Assembly (NCBI GenBank): GCA_030141605.1
Contig: JAQGDQ010002020.1
Location: forward strand, 1 to 10,986
Length of the DNA: 10,986 nt
Reading direction: 5' to 3'
From: Tubiluchus corallicola
Lineage: Eukaryota > Animalia > Priapulida
In this document: in pieces, positions 8,794-10,986 of the stretch
How the letters are laid out: each line of letters starts with the position of its first letter
Numbering within the stretch: position 1 is the stretch's first letter
The notes under the pieces: model-generated
What the model saw: only the letters and a program-made list of their open reading frames with translations
What the model was told of the DNA's origin: nothing
The model's database searches: none
Translations under genes and position numbers: made by a program

Positions 8794-8812
8794 GCATTCT
8801 AAAACTTCAACA

Positions 8813-9085
8813 ATGTCCGCAAGAGATATGTTATCTGCGCTTGCAAGGGACGGTGCGGAGAGGGGAATTTCTTTGCAGCGGAGATGTAGAGACATAGTGC
8901 ATAATAGTGATAACGACTTGCTGGTTTTAGGTATTCGTATTGTGAAGTGGGAATTTTCCGCCGGTTTTATGAAAGTGCTAGGGGATAGAATAGAAAGTCT
9001 AGCTGCTCGATTTGGGGCCTCGGCTACAATTCGGAACGCCGCTACAAATGGAAGTTTACAGTACTACACGGGAAATCGGTTATAG
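8813..9085 (+). CDS. Hypothetical 90-aa protein (orphan, possibly the first exon of a decayed gene)
   Basis: GC-richer open frame between AT-rich flanks, with the upstream TATA/Inr. No recognisable motif. Confidence 0.35.
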   Translation: MSARDMLSALARDGAERGISLQRRCRDIVHNSDNDLLVLGIRIVKWEFSAGFMKVLGDRIESLAARFGASATIRNAATNGSLQYYTGNRL

Positions 9086-9728
9086 ATGGCGTAAGTTGAT
9101 ACTGTTTCTTAATATTTTCTACTAGAACAGAAAAGGTTACTTTTCCGAAAATTAAAAAAAATACTTATCGTTGCACATTTCATTATTTAAGATTGAGATT
9201 AGGTTTAAATATCTAACAACTAAATGTTTTGTACGGGTATAGCCGTGAAATTACATAATGAACTATTTATAAAATTATGCTAATTTGTTCTCAAAATTTT
9301 TTTACAGGAGGAAATTATACTCATAAGAGTTTTCTCAATTATGGCATTGCCAGGGATGGCACGCATTTTAGAACGACTCACCCAAGAATATCTTCCTGGT
9401 AAACATGGAGCAATATTGTTTTGGGTGCTCTGCCTGCCAAGAGACAATCGAGTTATTTGTACCAAGCAGTTATTACAGTAAAGGGGATTAATTATTCCTT
9501 AGAAAAGGGGTTGTTTGTTATTAGTTATTTGTTACCTTTCGATTTTCAACAACCAAGTTGATCAGAGGATAATGTGAGCAAACTCAACTCTTACTAGAAC
9601 TCACTAATATACTTTGCGTAAACACCAGGAACTCGTTGAACTGCACGCAACAGTGTCGAACATTGTCGAATACGAACTCGTTGAATTGTTAATAAAAAAA
9701 CGTTTAAATCATATTAATGTTTGAGCTG

Positions 9729-9857
9729 TGTGCATATAAATGTTTAAATTGTGCATACAGATGCTTCAACTGAATTTTATTGAATGCTGCATAACAATAA
9801 ATGTTTGAATTAATGTTAAAATGAATATTGTGCATATAAATGTTAAAACGAATATTG
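9729..9857. repeat. AT-rich degenerate repeats
   Basis: TGTGCATA at 9729, 9750 and 9829, and AATGTTAAAAYGAATATTG at 9812 and 9839 (period 27). Confidence 0.65.
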
Positions 9858-9882
9858 CTAAATATATATGAATGAGTGATGA

Positions 9883-10929
9883 ACGACAAACTACCCCGAC
9901 GTAGACTTAATAGAAAACGCAGAAAAAGCAAAAAGAATCAGAAACTACGTCAAAGGGGTACCAGACAAAGAATACGCTGGGAGATGGCAACCATACAAAG
10001 TGTTTGGTGAGGACCATCCCAGATACTATGACTATGGTAATTTCGACAAATCGGGTCAAGTTTTTAACTGCTTCACCCCGAACAAGCACGGAGTTCACCT
10101 TTACAAAACGGGAATGGTGGGAAAAATCATTTATCTGGTAAACTCGGAGTACGGGGAAACCATTTACATGGGCCACCATAGTGACAAATGTCGCGTTAAC
10201 ATCAATGTCGAACATGAAGGGGTGTCAGCAAGATCAACCAACGTCATAAGGATGCCGAAGAAACCCGACATGGACGACAAAGGCAAAGTCGACGTTCTTT
10301 TCGTTGACATTGACAAAAGTGGCACCCTGAAAGACATAGCAGAGTGGACGCAACTCGACCCGCAATACACCATCTTTAAGACCAGTGATGCGGGTGACTT
10401 TTTGCTACCAAAGCTCCTGTCTTGTTACAGGAAGTTCCAAATCCACTTCTCACCAACCACCGCCAACGGAGAAGTGGTAATTTACGCTTTGGTGGCTGGG
10501 AAACAAATTCCCAGCCGGAATGAAAGGGTCATCAGGAATTGGCTCGGAGGGCAAATCTTCGAAGGGCTCAAATTCATGATGGCCTCAATCTTCAATGACG
10601 CCAAGACACGATACTCATATTATCCAATAAGAGTAGCATCGTGTACAGACTGGACGGCAATGACAAGCGACGAGCAGCGGGAACTGGACCGAGAAAAAAT
10701 CGATAGACTCGCTAAAGGCTGGGCCCCAGTGGAAACACTAGGTGGCACAAATGAGTTCCCGGCAGTCAAAAGACCACTGAGACACAGGTTGGATAGACAG
10801 AATACCATTGGGAAAGGCCTCGGGTTAACCCATCCTTGGGTTAATCATGTCCAGCGCCGCTATGGCGGAAGCAACCGCTGCTTTAGCCTTAGGGGCTACA
10901 AACCGTGCCGAGATAAATTCATTGAATAA
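9883..10929 (+). CDS. Candidate endogenous RNA-virus fragment: FtsJ/flavi-NS5-like cap methyltransferase-like region (virus-like part ~9883-10830, no own ATG at the 5' end)
   Basis: The frame is open from 9883, upstream of the ORF-track start, with no introns and an abrupt compositional shift. TNVIRMP...VDVLFVDIDKS (D 10306), YTIFKT (K 10378) and FSPTTANGEVVIY (E 10471) follow the D-K-E order of viral 2'-O-MTases. The glycine-rich SAM loop is not evident. Confidence 0.5.
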   Translation, partial: TTNYPDVDLIENAEKAKRIRNYVKGVPDKEYAGRWQPYKVFGEDHPRYYDYGNFDKSGQVFNCFTPNKHGVHLYKTGMVGKIIYLVNSEYGETIYMGHHSDKCRVNINVEHEGVSARSTNVIRMPKKPDMDDKGKVDVLFVDIDKSGTLKDIAEWTQLDPQYTIFKTSDAGDFLLPKLLSCYRKFQIHFSPTTANGEVVIYALVAGKQIPSRNERVIRNWLGGQIFEGLKFMMASIFNDAKTRYSYYPIRVASCTDWTAMTSDEQRELDREKIDRLAKGWAPVETLGGTNEFPAVKRPLRHRLDRQNTIGKGLGLTHPWVNHVQRRYGGSNRCFSLRGYKPCRDKFIE

Positions 10930-10986
10930 GAAAATGGGGGAACTAAGGAATAATCAAGGGATCATAGCACACGAGTTAGAAATTGC
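10832..10986 (+). pseudogene. Env/class I fusion glycoprotein-like fragment (fusion peptide plus heptad repeat), runs off the window
   Basis: Frame +2 reads ILGLIMSSAAMAEATAALALGATNRAEINSLNKKMGELRNNQGIIAHELEI: an Ala/Gly-rich hydrophobic stretch followed by a coiled-coil heptad pattern. A stop at 10826 precedes it and it has no N-terminus. Confidence 0.5.

Noticed and set aside
9879-10010. 43-aa very basic ORF (MNDKLPRRRLNRKRRKSKK...) as a protamine or capsid-like peptide
   Set aside because: It is an alternate frame of the A/G-rich virus-like sequence, and its basic composition follows from the base bias.
9907-10808. Minus-strand ORFs 9907-10215, 10164-10373 and 10620-10808
   Set aside because: Antisense shadows of the long plus-strand frame.

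Overview
Eukaryotic (metazoan, probably arthropod-like) repeat-dense DNA, not a prokaryotic locus. Bases 1-5173 are a BEL/Pao LTR retrotransposon with two ~390-bp LTRs (~98% identical by manual comparison) and a tRNA-Phe primer-binding site. It carries one uninterrupted 1049-aa ORF encoding Gag and protease but no RT, RNase H or integrase core, only in-frame scraps of the pol C-terminus, so it looks like a young non-autonomous Gag-PR element. Downstream lie a decayed intron-containing Sola-like DDD transposase (5506-~7240), a broken Gypsy/Ty3 RT fragment (~7687-8090), a duplicated orphan coding-like segment and a small orphan ORF behind a TATA/Inr promoter (8813-9085). The window ends with a ~950-nt intronless frame resembling an RNA-virus cap methyltransferase (candidate non-retroviral endogenous viral element), joined at ~10830 to an env/class I fusion-protein-like fragment. 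All recognisable fragments face the + strand, as expected for a uni-strand piRNA cluster. All homology calls come from motif recognition by eye; no searches were run.
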